NCBI GenBank assembly: GCA_016288315.1
Contig: JAEEYU010000069.1
Coordinates: 14,375-78,374 of the forward strand
DNA: 64,000 nt
Source of the DNA: Clostridiaceae bacterium
GTDB lineage: Bacteria > Bacillota > Clostridia > Oscillospirales > Acutalibacteraceae
Reading direction: 5' to 3'
The notes beneath the pieces are model-generated. The model saw only the letters and a list, made by a program, of their open reading frames with translations, made no database searches and was not told the DNA's origin. Positions 18,198 through 28,303 of the stretch are shown piece after piece. A program made the translations under genes and the position numbers. Every line of letters begins with the position of its first letter. The stretch's first letter is position 1.

Positions 18198-19567
18198 TTT
18201 GTATAAACATCGAGGAAATATTGCATTACCTCGTTTGTTACTGTTGTTGCGGGGCCGCTGCCGAAACCGCCGTTCTCCGCTATGCAGACTACCGCCAAGG
18301 GCAAGTCCGCCCTTGCGGAAAAGCCCGCAAGCCAGGAGTGTGAATCGGCATCGTCAAGCTGGGCAGTGCCCGTTTTTGCACAGAATTCAAGGTCGGGAAA
18401 TTTGTATTCGCCGTATCTGTTGATGACGTCGGAGCGCATAAGCTCCTTCATTTTTGCGGCAATGCCGCTGTCTATTGTGAACCAGGTGTTTGCAACAGGG
18501 CTGTATTGACCGAAGAAGGTTGAAAAGCTCTTGACTCTGTTTGGCGCAAGCCCTTTGCCGCCGTTTGCGATTGCTCCGACAATGCCGAGCATGTGAGACG
18601 GATTGAGGAGTGTTGTTGACTGACCGATTCCCGCCCAGCCGAGTTCAACTCTGTCGCTGTCGCTCGGACGGAAAATGCTCTTTTTGAGCGGAACATCGCC
18701 CGAATAAAGCTGTTTGTTGAAGCCGAGAGCTTCAGCGGTAGCAAGCAGTTTTTTTGCGCCGAGCTGAAGAGTGATATCTGCAAAAGAGAAGTTGCAGGAA
18801 TTATTCAGAGCGCCTTCAAAATCAACGTGATTATGCACTTCAAAGCAGATGACAGAGCCGTTGCCGATTTCATACTCGCCGTCGCAGTCAAAGGTCTGGC
18901 TCTCAATATCGGGAATATTCTGCAGAGCCGAAATTGCGGTAACAATCTTCATAACCGAGCCGGGAGTGTAAATGCCCGAAATGGTTTTGTCGAGGAACAC
19001 GCCTTCGTAATACTCGCTTCTGAGAAGATTCGGTGGAACATCGTTGACATCATAAGACGGTTTGGAGACGCTGCAGAGCAGTTCGCCCGTTTTGTAATTG
19101 TAAACCGCTATGGCGCCGTTGTATTCGCCGAAGGCGTTATAGGCGACCCTGCACGCTTCGCTGTCAATATTGAGCGTAATGTTTGAGGTTTTGCCCTCGC
19201 GGTTGAGTATTCCGTAAATACCTTCTACAATATTATAACCCGAAAGTTTCGTTCTGTAAAGAGATTGAGTGCCGGTTGAAATAAATCCGGAGGTGTCGCC
19301 GACAATGTGCAGGGTTGACATACGCACGCCGCGGGAAGAATTGTAAATTCTCTCGCCGTCTTTGCTGGTAACAAGAACGGCGCCGTTGCGGTCGAGTATT
19401 GCGCCCGATGTGCTTGTGGTTCCGTTTGAATAGATATGCGAGTTGACGCGCTCGGTTGCCCATTTGCCGCCGTTTGTGCAAATGCCGAAAACAAGATAGC
19501 CGACTCCTGCGCAAAAAGCAACTATAAGCACTATCAGGGCTGTTGTTCTTTTCAAAGTGTCACGCAC
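18194..19567 (-). CDS. Class B penicillin-binding transpeptidase (small PbpA-like)
   Basis: SxxK (SVMK), SxN (SCN) and KTG, with an N-terminal TM. GTG 19567 after GGAGG. Confidence 0.9.
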   Translation of the reverse strand: MRDTLKRTTALIVLIVAFCAGVGYLVFGICTNGGKWATERVNSHIYSNGTTSTSGAILDRNGAVLVTSKDGERIYNSSRGVRMSTLHIVGDTSGFISTGTQSLYRTKLSGYNIVEGIYGILNREGKTSNITLNIDSEACRVAYNAFGEYNGAIAVYNYKTGELLCSVSKPSYDVNDVPPNLLRSEYYEGVFLDKTISGIYTPGSVMKIVTAISALQNIPDIESQTFDCDGEYEIGNGSVICFEVHNHVDFEGALNNSCNFSFADITLQLGAKKLLATAEALGFNKQLYSGDVPLKKSIFRPSDSDRVELGWAGIGQSTTLLNPSHMLGIVGAIANGGKGLAPNRVKSFSTFFGQYSPVANTWFTIDSGIAAKMKELMRSDVINRYGEYKFPDLEFCAKTGTAQLDDADSHSWLAGFSARADLPLAVVCIAENGGFGSGPATTVTNEVMQYFLDVYTK

Positions 19568-19603
19568 AGGCAAAACCTCCTTTCCGGATTATTAATGATC
19601 TGA

Positions 19604-20995
19604 CTATTTATTCTTTGTCGTTTTTTGTGTTGTTTTCTTAGTTGTTCTTGCGCTCTGTGCGGGTTTTGAAACCGCTCTTTTTGCTACGGGAATGTCACCG
19701 TTCTGCATTCTGACGGTGCGTTTTCTGCCCGAATTGCTGACGGGAATCGAGGCAATCGGTTCGGGCGGATTGAACTGAACGCCTGCTGTTCTGATATAGG
19801 CAAGCAGACCCCAGGAGCATATCATACTTGAGCCGCCGCGGCTGACAAACGGCAGTGTTACGCCGGTGAGCGGGAGAATATCGGTGATTCCGAAGACATT
19901 GAGCGAAAGCTGGAATAAAAGCATCCCCGCCGCCGCACACGCCGCTATTGCATAAAAGCTTGAACCGGACTGGCGCACGCTGCGAACGGCAAACAGTGCA
20001 AAGCCGACAAAGCAGATAAGCACGCAGAGCCCGACAATAAGCCCCATTTCTTCACAGACAACGCCAAAGACAAGGTCGGTTGAGGAGGCGTAAACATTTC
20101 TCAGAAGACCTTCTCCGATGCCGAGACCGAGCAGGCCTCCGCTCGCCATATAGACAAGAGTTCTCACCTGCTGGTAGCCCGTTGAATCCGCATACTGCCA
20201 GACGTGGCGGTATGCCTGAAAACGGTTTGCAATATAAGGTTTGAAATAGATTATAAGCACTGCGCCGAGCAGGGCGACGGTGACTATGAGAGCAATTGTT
20301 CTGACATCGCCCGAACGCATAAATGCGATTAAAATGAAGGTAAAGAAAAATATGAGCGCCGTTCCGAAATCCTGCATAAGGAAAAGCAGTCCGATGCAGG
20401 CAACGGAGAAAATGATGTATTTTGTAAGACTGGTATTTGAGATAAGATATTCGAGCGTAACCGCTCCGACAAAAATGAATGCGACTTTGACAAATTCGGA
20501 AGGCTGAACGGAGAACAGACCGAAATCTATCCAGTTGAGCGTGCCATTTGTTGTGCCGGCAAGGAAAAGGTTTGCGACAAGAATCGCTATTGAAATAACG
20601 GCAACAGGCAGGCGCACCTTCTGGCAGAGGTCGATGTTTTTGAGTATAACCTGCAGAATGAGATAACCTGCAATTCCCATAAGCACGGCCGCCAGCTGTT
20701 TGACGGCATAACTCTCGTTAAAGCTCGCACAGACGGTTATGCCTATGCCGCAGAGAAAGAACGCCATTGCCTCAAGCTCAAAATAATCGGTGCCCGTTGC
20801 AACCGTGCCTATCATCATATAAAGCCACTCGACAACGATGTAGCCGGCAAACACGCAAACAAGCGTGAAACTCATCTGTTCATCCCTGTAGAGAACGCAC
20901 GCCGACGAAAGCAGCTGAAACAGGGTTATGAAAACCATAACGGTTACCTGCTTGAACGCAGGCTGACTGCGTTTTTTTGTTTTGTTTTCCGCCAC
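19604..20995 (-). CDS. SEDS peptidoglycan glycosyltransferase (FtsW/RodA/SpoVE family)
   Basis: QPSEFVK, DFGTA, GYQ, TDLVF..VCEEMG and PLTGVTLPFVSRGGSS. GTG 20995 after GGAGG. Confidence 0.92.
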   Translation of the reverse strand: MAENKTKKRSQPAFKQVTVMVFITLFQLLSSACVLYRDEQMSFTLVCVFAGYIVVEWLYMMIGTVATGTDYFELEAMAFFLCGIGITVCASFNESYAVKQLAAVLMGIAGYLILQVILKNIDLCQKVRLPVAVISIAILVANLFLAGTTNGTLNWIDFGLFSVQPSEFVKVAFIFVGAVTLEYLISNTSLTKYIIFSVACIGLLFLMQDFGTALIFFFTFILIAFMRSGDVRTIALIVTVALLGAVLIIYFKPYIANRFQAYRHVWQYADSTGYQQVRTLVYMASGGLLGLGIGEGLLRNVYASSTDLVFGVVCEEMGLIVGLCVLICFVGFALFAVRSVRQSGSSFYAIAACAAAGMLLFQLSLNVFGITDILPLTGVTLPFVSRGGSSMICSWGLLAYIRTAGVQFNPPEPIASIPVSNSGRKRTVRMQNGDIPVAKRAVSKPAQSARTTKKTTQKTTKNK

Positions 20996-21148
20996 CGTGC
21001 CGCCTCCTTTCGGGCTTCCGAACATAATTCAAAAGATATTATTGAATAAGTATTTTAGCATATATTTATTAAAATCTCAACAAAAACAAGCAAAAATTGA
21101 GCATAAAACGTCAATTTCACTGTTAAATAATAATTTACAAATTTATTC

Positions 21149-21177
21149 TTGCAAATATGCGCGTGAAAGACTATAAT
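21149..21177 (+). promoter_or_regulatory. sigmaA promoter
   Basis: TTGCAA-17 bp-TATAAT. Confidence 0.65.
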
Positions 21178-21206
21178 ATACTAAATATTTTTTATAATGG
21201 ATAATT

Positions 21207-22364
21207 ATGTGCAGAAGGGATGTGCGGCAGACGGAAGCGTATTTTGACAACAGTGCAACCACAAAACCGTGTGCCGAGGCAATCGACGCAGCGGAGAAAG
21301 CCATTGAAGAAATATGGGGTAATCCCTCGTCCCTTCATAAATGCGGAATGGCAGCCGATGCTCTTATGGAGCGCAGCCGCGAAAGGGTGGCTTCAAAGTT
21401 AAACTGCTCCCCCGATGAGATATATTTCACCTCCGGCGGAACGGAGAGCAACAACACGGCGCTTTTCGGCACTGCACGCCGTCTTAAAAAGCAGGGCAAC
21501 AGAATTGTATCTACCGTTATTGAGCATCCCAGCGTTTTCGAAACGCTCTCTGAGCTTGAAAAAGAAGGTTTCGAGGTAGTCCGGCTCAAGGTTGACGGCG
21601 AGGGTAAAATCAGCGAAGATGAACTTTTTGAAACCGTAGATGAAAAAACAATTCTTGTCAGCATTATGGCTGTCAACAACGAGACGGGGTCTGTTCAGCC
21701 GGTGCAGGCGGCAAAAAGAGCTGTTGCGAGGGCGCACTCGCCCGCACTTATTCACTGCGATGCCGTTCAGGCGTTCGGCAAAATGCCTTTAAAGCCCTCC
21801 GCTCTGGGCGTTGACCTTATGAGCATAAGCGCACACAAAATTCACGGAATAAAAGGTGCGGGAGCACTTTACATTAAAAAGGGCGTAAAAATAAGTCCCC
21901 TGGTTTTCGGCGGAGAACAGGAAAACAGGTTCCGCCCCGGCACGCAGGCACTGCCCGCAATAGCGGCCTTCGGCGCGGCGGCAAAGGCACTGCCCCGCAT
22001 TGAAGAAGAATATGAAAAGGCGAAGGACCTGCGTGATTATATGCTCGGTCTGTTTGCCAAGGCAGGCGGGATTGAAATCAACTCCCCCTCCGATGCCCTG
22101 CCGTTTATAACTAACATATCCGTTCCCGGCAGGCGCAGCGAGCCGATGTTGAGCTTTCTCTCCGAAAAAGGCGTTTATGTTTCAAGCGGCTCGGCTTGTT
22201 CCAAGGGCAAGAGGAGCAGGGTGCTCACCGAAATGGGCTTAAGCCCCGAAAAGCTTGAAAGTCCGCTTCGCATAAGCTTCTCCCGCTTCACGACCAAAGA
22301 AGAAATCGACTGCCTTGTTCAGGCGCTAACACAGGGCATTGAATACATCAGACCTTCAAAATAA
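21207..22364 (+). CDS. iscS: Cysteine desulfurase (IscS/NifZ-type, ThiI partner); start may be ACG 21231
   Basis: YFDNSATT, FTSGGTESNN, EHPS, SAHKIHG (PLP Lys) and SSGSACS. Lies directly upstream of thiI. Confidence 0.9.
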   Translation: MCRRDVRQTEAYFDNSATTKPCAEAIDAAEKAIEEIWGNPSSLHKCGMAADALMERSRERVASKLNCSPDEIYFTSGGTESNNTALFGTARRLKKQGNRIVSTVIEHPSVFETLSELEKEGFEVVRLKVDGEGKISEDELFETVDEKTILVSIMAVNNETGSVQPVQAAKRAVARAHSPALIHCDAVQAFGKMPLKPSALGVDLMSISAHKIHGIKGAGALYIKKGVKISPLVFGGEQENRFRPGTQALPAIAAFGAAAKALPRIEEEYEKAKDLRDYMLGLFAKAGGIEINSPSDALPFITNISVPGRRSEPMLSFLSEKGVYVSSGSACSKGKRSRVLTEMGLSPEKLESPLRISFSRFTTKEEIDCLVQALTQGIEYIRPSK

Positions 22365-22374
22365 AGGAAACACA

Positions 22375-23577
22375 ATGAACGAAATCATACTTGTAAAAAA
22401 CGGCGAGCTTGCTCTCAAGGGGCTCAACAGACGCAACTTTGAGGATATGCTCATTAAAAATATGCGGCACCGTCTTGACGGTCTCGGCACATTTGACTTT
22501 TCATCGCAGCAATCAACGGTTGTGGTCACACCGCACGACGATGTGACGGATATGGACGAGGCGTTTGCAAGACTTTGCAGGGTTTTCGGTATTGCGGGGC
22601 TTTCGCGTGCGGCAAGCGTTGAAAAAGATATAAACATTATTCTTCGCTCGACCGCCGAATACCTTGATGAAAGAATTTTATCCGCGCGCACTTTTAAAGT
22701 CAATGCAAAAAGGAGCGACAAGACTTTCCCGCTCGCCTCACCCGAAATCTGCACACAGGTCGGCGGCTACATTTTAAGCAGATATAAACATCTCAGCGTT
22801 GACGTGCACAACCCCGACCTTATTATCACCGTTGAAATCCGCGACCACGCCGCCTATATTCACGGCAACCAGGTCAAGGGCGCAGGCGGAATGCCCGTAG
22901 GCAGTTCGGGCAGAGCGGCTCTGCTTATTTCGGGCGGAATTGACAGCCCCGTAGCAGGCTATATGATGGCAAAAAGAGGTCTGCAGTTAACCGGCATTCA
23001 CTTTGCCTCGCCACCTTACACAAGTGCAAGGGCGGAACAGAAGGTTCACAAGCTTTTGCAGAAGGTGGCGGCATATTCCGGCAGAATAGTTCTTTTCACG
23101 GTGCCGTTTACTGAAATACAGGAACAGATAAAAGACAACTGCCCCGAAGATTTATTCACGCTCATTATGCGCAGAATGATGATGCGCATTTCTCAGATAA
23201 TTGCAGCGGATCAGAACTGCGGAGCGCTTATCACCGGCGAGAGCGTCGGTCAGGTTGCAAGCCAGACGATGCCCGCAATCGCCTGCACCCAGGCGGTATG
23301 CAGCATCCCCGTATTCCGTCCGCTTATCGGCATGGATAAAGACGAGGTTGTCACAATCTCACGTAAAATCGACACATTTGACATTTCGATTCTGCCGTAT
23401 GAAGACTGCTGCACGGTGTTCACGCCGAAACACCCGAGAACAAAGCCGACGGTAGAAATGGTTGAAAAGGCGGAGAAGGTTCTCGACATTGACGCTCTTA
23501 TTGAAAGAGCGGTCAAAGGAATAAAGATGAAAGTTATTCACGCATACAGAACCGACGGTGAGGACGATTATGAATAA
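22375..23577 (+). CDS. thiI: tRNA 4-thiouridine synthase ThiI (no rhodanese domain)
   Basis: GELALKG.NR, THUMP domain, PP-loop SGGIDS, GQVASQT and EDCC. Confidence 0.95.
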   Translation: MNEIILVKNGELALKGLNRRNFEDMLIKNMRHRLDGLGTFDFSSQQSTVVVTPHDDVTDMDEAFARLCRVFGIAGLSRAASVEKDINIILRSTAEYLDERILSARTFKVNAKRSDKTFPLASPEICTQVGGYILSRYKHLSVDVHNPDLIITVEIRDHAAYIHGNQVKGAGGMPVGSSGRAALLISGGIDSPVAGYMMAKRGLQLTGIHFASPPYTSARAEQKVHKLLQKVAAYSGRIVLFTVPFTEIQEQIKDNCPEDLFTLIMRRMMMRISQIIAADQNCGALITGESVGQVASQTMPAIACTQAVCSIPVFRPLIGMDKDEVVTISRKIDTFDISILPYEDCCTVFTPKHPRTKPTVEMVEKAEKVLDIDALIERAVKGIKMKVIHAYRTDGEDDYE

Positions 23578-24046
23578 GGTTGCCGAAAAGGCGGTAGAAC
23601 TGCTTTTAAAAAGCGGAAAGACAGTTGCGTGCGCCGAGTCCTGCACCGGCGGGCTTATTGCAAAGCTCATAACTGACATTCCCGGCTCATCGGAGGTTTT
23701 TCACCTCGGCGAGGTAACATATTCAAACGATATAAAAAGCAGGATTCTCGGCGTTGACACGGTGACGCTTGACAAATACGGTGCGGTAAGCGAACAGACT
23801 GCTGTTGAAATGGCGCAGAATGTGCGAAAGCTTGCGGGTGCCGACTACGGTATTTCATCAACGGGAATATCCGGCCCCGACGGAGACGGAATATGCAACG
23901 AGGCAGGGCTCAGCTTTACAGCCGTCAGCACAGGTGAAAAAACCGTCTGCCGAAAACTTGAAACACACAGCAGCGACCGTGATTTCAACAGGAATCACAC
24001 CGCAGAAAACGCACTTTCGCTGTTGATTGAAATAATTGAGGATTAA
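23570..24046 (+). CDS. pncC: CinA C-terminal / NMN deamidase PncC (stand-alone domain)
   Basis: AESCTGG, PGSS, YSNDIK, GAVS and TGISGP. Confidence 0.85.
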   Translation: MNKVAEKAVELLLKSGKTVACAESCTGGLIAKLITDIPGSSEVFHLGEVTYSNDIKSRILGVDTVTLDKYGAVSEQTAVEMAQNVRKLAGADYGISSTGISGPDGDGICNEAGLSFTAVSTGEKTVCRKLETHSSDRDFNRNHTAENALSLLIEIIED

Positions 24047-24074
24047 CCGATTTCACATATAAGGAGGAACAAAA

Positions 24075-25469
24075 ATGGACGAAAACAAGAAACCCGGTCA
24101 GGAAAATCCGGACGATTTTGATTTTGACAATTTCTTCGATTCCTTTGAGAATTTTGAGCCCTTTGAGGCATTTGAATCCGAAGAAAAGAAAGCCGAACCT
24201 GCGCAGGAATCCGCCGCAAAGCCGGAGAGTGCAGATGAAGGTCTGAACTTTATTGACTCGGCAAAGCATGATATTGACGACATCATTTCATCCTACACCG
24301 AGCCGGAAGCGGATGCGACGCCTCAGGTTGATATTCCGGCAGGCACACAGCAGAGTTTCAACATTAACATAACTCCGAAAAGCGTCAAGAGAAATCCCGG
24401 CGAAGAGGAATACACCCCCTCGGTCAACTTCATTCCCGACGACGCAATAAACATAAACGATATTCCGGGTTATGAAATCGAAACGCACACCACAAAAAAA
24501 GAGGAGAAGCCGAAGAAGAAAAAGGCAAAGCCCTCCGAAATAGTGCGCAGGATTGTTCTTTCCATTTCGATTATCGTTATTCTTGTAAGCGGTGCTTACC
24601 TGCTCAAAAGCTACGTTATTGACCCCTATATGGCAACGAAGAAGAACGACAAAGCGGCAAACGACCTTATTGTTGTTGAGAACTTCCCCGAAGGCACCAA
24701 GGAAAGCGAAATGTGGGAGCAGATTGAAAAGAAATACCCCAATGTGGAATTTGCTCCTGATATGCTTATCAAATACGCCAACCTCTATGCAGCCAACCCG
24801 GACCTTCGCGGCTGGATAACAATCGCCCCGTTCGGAATTGATATGCCTCTCGCACAGGGCTCAGACAACAGCTACTACCTCAAGCGCGACATTTACAGGA
24901 AGTGGACCGAATACGGCGTTCCGTATTTTGACTACCGCAATTCCACCTACCTGCTTGACAGAAACACAATAGTTTACGGTCACAATATGAAGTATTCCGA
25001 CAAGATTTTCGGTATGCTTGAAGATTACAAGACCGTTGACGGATATAAGAGAGCGCCCACGATTCAGTGCAACACTATTTACGAAGACTACACCTGGAAA
25101 ATTTACGCAGTGTTTATTACCAACAGCGAGGCGAAGGATGACAACGGCTATGTTTTCAATTACACCTTCACCAGACTGACGGATGAAAAACTCAAGGAAT
25201 ATATCTCATACGTTGACAAAAGAGCGCTTTACACAACTGATGTTGACATACTCCCGACCGACCATCTTCTGACCCTCTCAACCTGTTGCTACGACTTTGA
25301 CAGCGCAAAGATAGTTGTTCTTGCAAGACTTGTCCGCGACGGAGAAAGCGCCGAGGTTGACACATCCAAAGCGAAGACAAATCCCAACCCCCAGTATCCG
25401 CAGGCATGGTATGACGCATACGGCAAAACAAACCCCTATGCCAATGCCGGCAGATGGTATGCTAACTGA
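24075..25469 (+). CDS. srtB: Class B sortase with a long acidic N-terminal cytoplasmic extension
   Basis: NPDLRGWI, DNSYYL, YGHNM and TLSTC. TM near residue 160. Confidence 0.9.
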   Translation: MDENKKPGQENPDDFDFDNFFDSFENFEPFEAFESEEKKAEPAQESAAKPESADEGLNFIDSAKHDIDDIISSYTEPEADATPQVDIPAGTQQSFNINITPKSVKRNPGEEEYTPSVNFIPDDAININDIPGYEIETHTTKKEEKPKKKKAKPSEIVRRIVLSISIIVILVSGAYLLKSYVIDPYMATKKNDKAANDLIVVENFPEGTKESEMWEQIEKKYPNVEFAPDMLIKYANLYAANPDLRGWITIAPFGIDMPLAQGSDNSYYLKRDIYRKWTEYGVPYFDYRNSTYLLDRNTIVYGHNMKYSDKIFGMLEDYKTVDGYKRAPTIQCNTIYEDYTWKIYAVFITNSEAKDDNGYVFNYTFTRLTDEKLKEYISYVDKRALYTTDVDILPTDHLLTLSTCCYDFDSAKIVVLARLVRDGESAEVDTSKAKTNPNPQYPQAWYDAYGKTNPYANAGRWYAN

Positions 25470-25517
25470 AAGAAAGGAGAGCGGCCGCAGTAAAACTGCC
25501 CGCCGCAATATTGAAAT

Positions 25518-26933
25518 ATGATTAACAGCAATGCCTGCATAATGTCATTGACAAAAAGCATGAGTGCGGAAACAACCCGTGCTCTGTCTGCGCTTCAGGA
25601 TGCGGTAAGCAACTGCTTCAACTGCACTTCGAACGGTTACTCATCCGTAAAGCAGCTGCTCTCTCAGCTCGGTGAAAGACTTAAAGAAAACAGTCTTGTC
25701 ATTATTGCCGCTGAGCCGTCGCTTTTCTACTCGGCAAAAGAGATTTTCTGCCAGGCGCTTTCGCTCAAATGCGAAAACAGCGACGATGTAATCGCCTCAC
25801 TGCCGACTTCATATTTTCCGAAAAACGAACGTGAATACAGAGCTGTTGCGGGTTTTCCGAAGCATTCGGAGATCCTTTACACTCCGAACGGACTTTTCAG
25901 CGGTTTCTGCATTGCAAACGGCACACAGAGAATAGCGTTTGTTCCGCTTGAAGAGAAGCTCACCGCAACACTTCTTGCCGGCTCGCTCGGCGAGGCGCTC
26001 GCCCGTTTCGGCGATGAAAACAACATTGTTGTTTCGGACATACTCGATGAAAACACCGAAGAACCCGAGGCGGCACCCGAAAGCGCCGATGATGAGGTCA
26101 CAAAAGAAACGGACGGCGAGCCCGAAACAATAATTGCGGAGCCCGAAGCACCTGCAGCTTCGCCCGCAGCACCTGTCGCTCCCGTTTCGGCGCAGACAGA
26201 AGAGCCCGTAAAGAAGACTCCAAAAGAGATTCTCAAAGACGATGTTCTGGCTCTTGTCAAGGCACTTAACGATACAGATACAACACTTGCGATTGCGCAG
26301 AACGCTTCACTTAAACATCTTCAGATGCTTATCAAGGACACACCCGGCTCTGACGGTCATATTATATTCGACGAGACTCCCGTTGAAAAATGGCAGGGCG
26401 GCAAATTCAACGAGTATTTTGCAAACCTTGCAAAGGGAACATTTGAAAGATGCTCCACCGACTTTGCAGGCGCGGCATCCACTCTTTATTCCGACGCCAC
26501 GGGCAGATTTATGTTCTATGTGGTTGCCGACTCGCAGGGCGCAAAAATCACAAAGGTTACGGGCAATGACCCCAACGAGATTATTTTCAAGACCATGACG
26601 GGGCTTCTCAACGCCCTTAAAGAACGTATTCTCGCCGATGCCAAGATGAAACCCGAAGAGGAGACAGCCCCCGCAAACGAGGTGGTCAAATCCTCCACTC
26701 CTCTCATCATTTCCGCAATTGTGCTTATTATTGCGGTTATTGCAAGCGCGGCGGTTGCTTTCTATATGAAAGGCAGCGGCGATGAGACTCCCACCGTTCC
26801 CGAGACATCCTATGTTGAAGAGATAACCGAACCCGAAACCACAACACAGGAAGAGACAACCGAAGAGCAGACGGAGGAAGAAAGCGAAGAGAGCACCGAG
26901 GAAGAAAGCACTTCGGAAGAAAACGCAGAATAA
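25518..26933 (+). CDS. Degenerate CinA-like two-domain protein with C-terminal TM and acidic tail
   Basis: AKEIFCQALSL...FPKHSEILYTPNGLFSGFCI...RIAFVP resembles the CinA N-domain. LVKAL..TLAIAQ resembles PncC. Catalytic motifs are absent. Confidence 0.55.
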   Translation: MINSNACIMSLTKSMSAETTRALSALQDAVSNCFNCTSNGYSSVKQLLSQLGERLKENSLVIIAAEPSLFYSAKEIFCQALSLKCENSDDVIASLPTSYFPKNEREYRAVAGFPKHSEILYTPNGLFSGFCIANGTQRIAFVPLEEKLTATLLAGSLGEALARFGDENNIVVSDILDENTEEPEAAPESADDEVTKETDGEPETIIAEPEAPAASPAAPVAPVSAQTEEPVKKTPKEILKDDVLALVKALNDTDTTLAIAQNASLKHLQMLIKDTPGSDGHIIFDETPVEKWQGGKFNEYFANLAKGTFERCSTDFAGAASTLYSDATGRFMFYVVADSQGAKITKVTGNDPNEIIFKTMTGLLNALKERILADAKMKPEEETAPANEVVKSSTPLIISAIVLIIAVIASAAVAFYMKGSGDETPTVPETSYVEEITEPETTTQEETTEEQTEEESEESTEEESTSEENAE

Positions 26934-26950
26934 ATAGTTTTACGCAACAG

Positions 26951-26981
26951 AGGCATCCGTTCACATGGGCGGATGCCTTTT
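26951..26981 (+). terminator. Rho-independent terminator
   Basis: AGGCATCCGTTC / GGGCGGATGCCTTTT. Confidence 0.75.
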
Positions 26982-27065
26982 ACTGCGCCGTGTTTGATTG
27001 ACAACATAAATGCGGTTATGATATATTAACTGTTGTTATATATTTATTAATGTATGAGGTCCGCT

Positions 27066-28295
27066 ATGAAAAACAGCAGAGCATTCCCTTCGGTTTTTGT
27101 TACGAAAAAGGCGGAAAATTCGGTTAAAAACGGTCATCCCTGGGTTTACGGCGAGGAGATTACCTCGCAAACTCCCGACATAGAGAACGGCGCTTTCACC
27201 GACGTTTTTTCGCAAAAGGGTTCGTATCTCGGCACGGGTTTTTACAGCGAAAAAAGCAAAATCCGCGTGCGTATTCTCTCCGACAATGCAAACGAGAGTT
27301 TTTCATCCGCATTTTTTGAGAGGCGGCTTAAATATGCCGTTGACTACCGCAGAACCGTTATGGGCGACGATTTTGCCTGCTGCCGTCTTATTTTCGGTGA
27401 AGCGGACGGTCTGCCCGGTCTGACGGTTGACAGATTCGGCGGTGTTCTTGTCACTCAGGTGCTCTCATTCGGTATGGAAAAAATCAAGGATGAAATATAC
27501 CGTATGCTTGTCGGTATTCTCACAAGTATCGGTGAAGAAATAACCGGAGTGTTTGAGCGCAACGATGTTGCGATACGTGAACTCGAAGGGCTCGGGCAGC
27601 ACAAGGGCTGGTATGAGATTGAAGGGCTTACTCACCCCTCCTCAACGGTAACGGAAATAACCGAAAACGGCATTAAATACACAGTTGATTTTGAAAACGG
27701 GCAGAAGACGGGATTCTTTCTCGATCAAAAATACAACCGCCTTGCGGTTTCAAAGCTTGCCAAAAACAAAACTGTGCTTGACTGCTTCACTCACACCGGC
27801 TCGTTCGCTCTAAATGCGGCAAAGGGCGGAGCAAAAAGCGTTACCGCCGTTGATGTTTCCGCCGATGCCGTGGCAATGGCAAAAAGAAATGCGGAAATAA
27901 ACGGGCTTGACGGCAATATGGAGTTTGTGACAGCCGACGTTTTTGACCTGCTGCCCGAACTTGAAAAAACGGAAAAACACAAATACGACTTTATAATACT
28001 CGACCCGCCTGCGTTTACCAAAAGCAGAAAAACCGTAAACAATGCGCAGAAAGGTTATAAAGAAATCAATTACAGGGCTATGAAACTGCTCGGCAGAGGC
28101 GGATACCTTGCCACCTGTTCCTGTTCGCATTTTATGAGCAACGAGCTGTTTGTAAAAATGCTTAAAAGCGCGGCAAAGGATGCGGGCTTCGGTCTCAAAC
28201 AGATTGAGGTGCGTCAGCAGTGCTGCGACCATCCCATATTGTGGAATGTTCCCGAAACCGATTATCTCAAATTTTATATTTTTCAGATTGTGTAG
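27066..28295 (+). CDS. rlmI: Class I SAM rRNA methyltransferase (RlmI/YccW family, PUA domain)
   Basis: GHPWVY, EADGLPGL.VD, GQKTGFFLDQ, DPPAF and TCSCS. Confidence 0.85.
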   Translation: MKNSRAFPSVFVTKKAENSVKNGHPWVYGEEITSQTPDIENGAFTDVFSQKGSYLGTGFYSEKSKIRVRILSDNANESFSSAFFERRLKYAVDYRRTVMGDDFACCRLIFGEADGLPGLTVDRFGGVLVTQVLSFGMEKIKDEIYRMLVGILTSIGEEITGVFERNDVAIRELEGLGQHKGWYEIEGLTHPSSTVTEITENGIKYTVDFENGQKTGFFLDQKYNRLAVSKLAKNKTVLDCFTHTGSFALNAAKGGAKSVTAVDVSADAVAMAKRNAEINGLDGNMEFVTADVFDLLPELEKTEKHKYDFIILDPPAFTKSRKTVNNAQKGYKEINYRAMKLLGRGGYLATCSCSHFMSNELFVKMLKSAAKDAGFGLKQIEVRQQCCDHPILWNVPETDYLKFYIFQIV

Positions 28296-28303
28296 GTGAA
28301 AAA

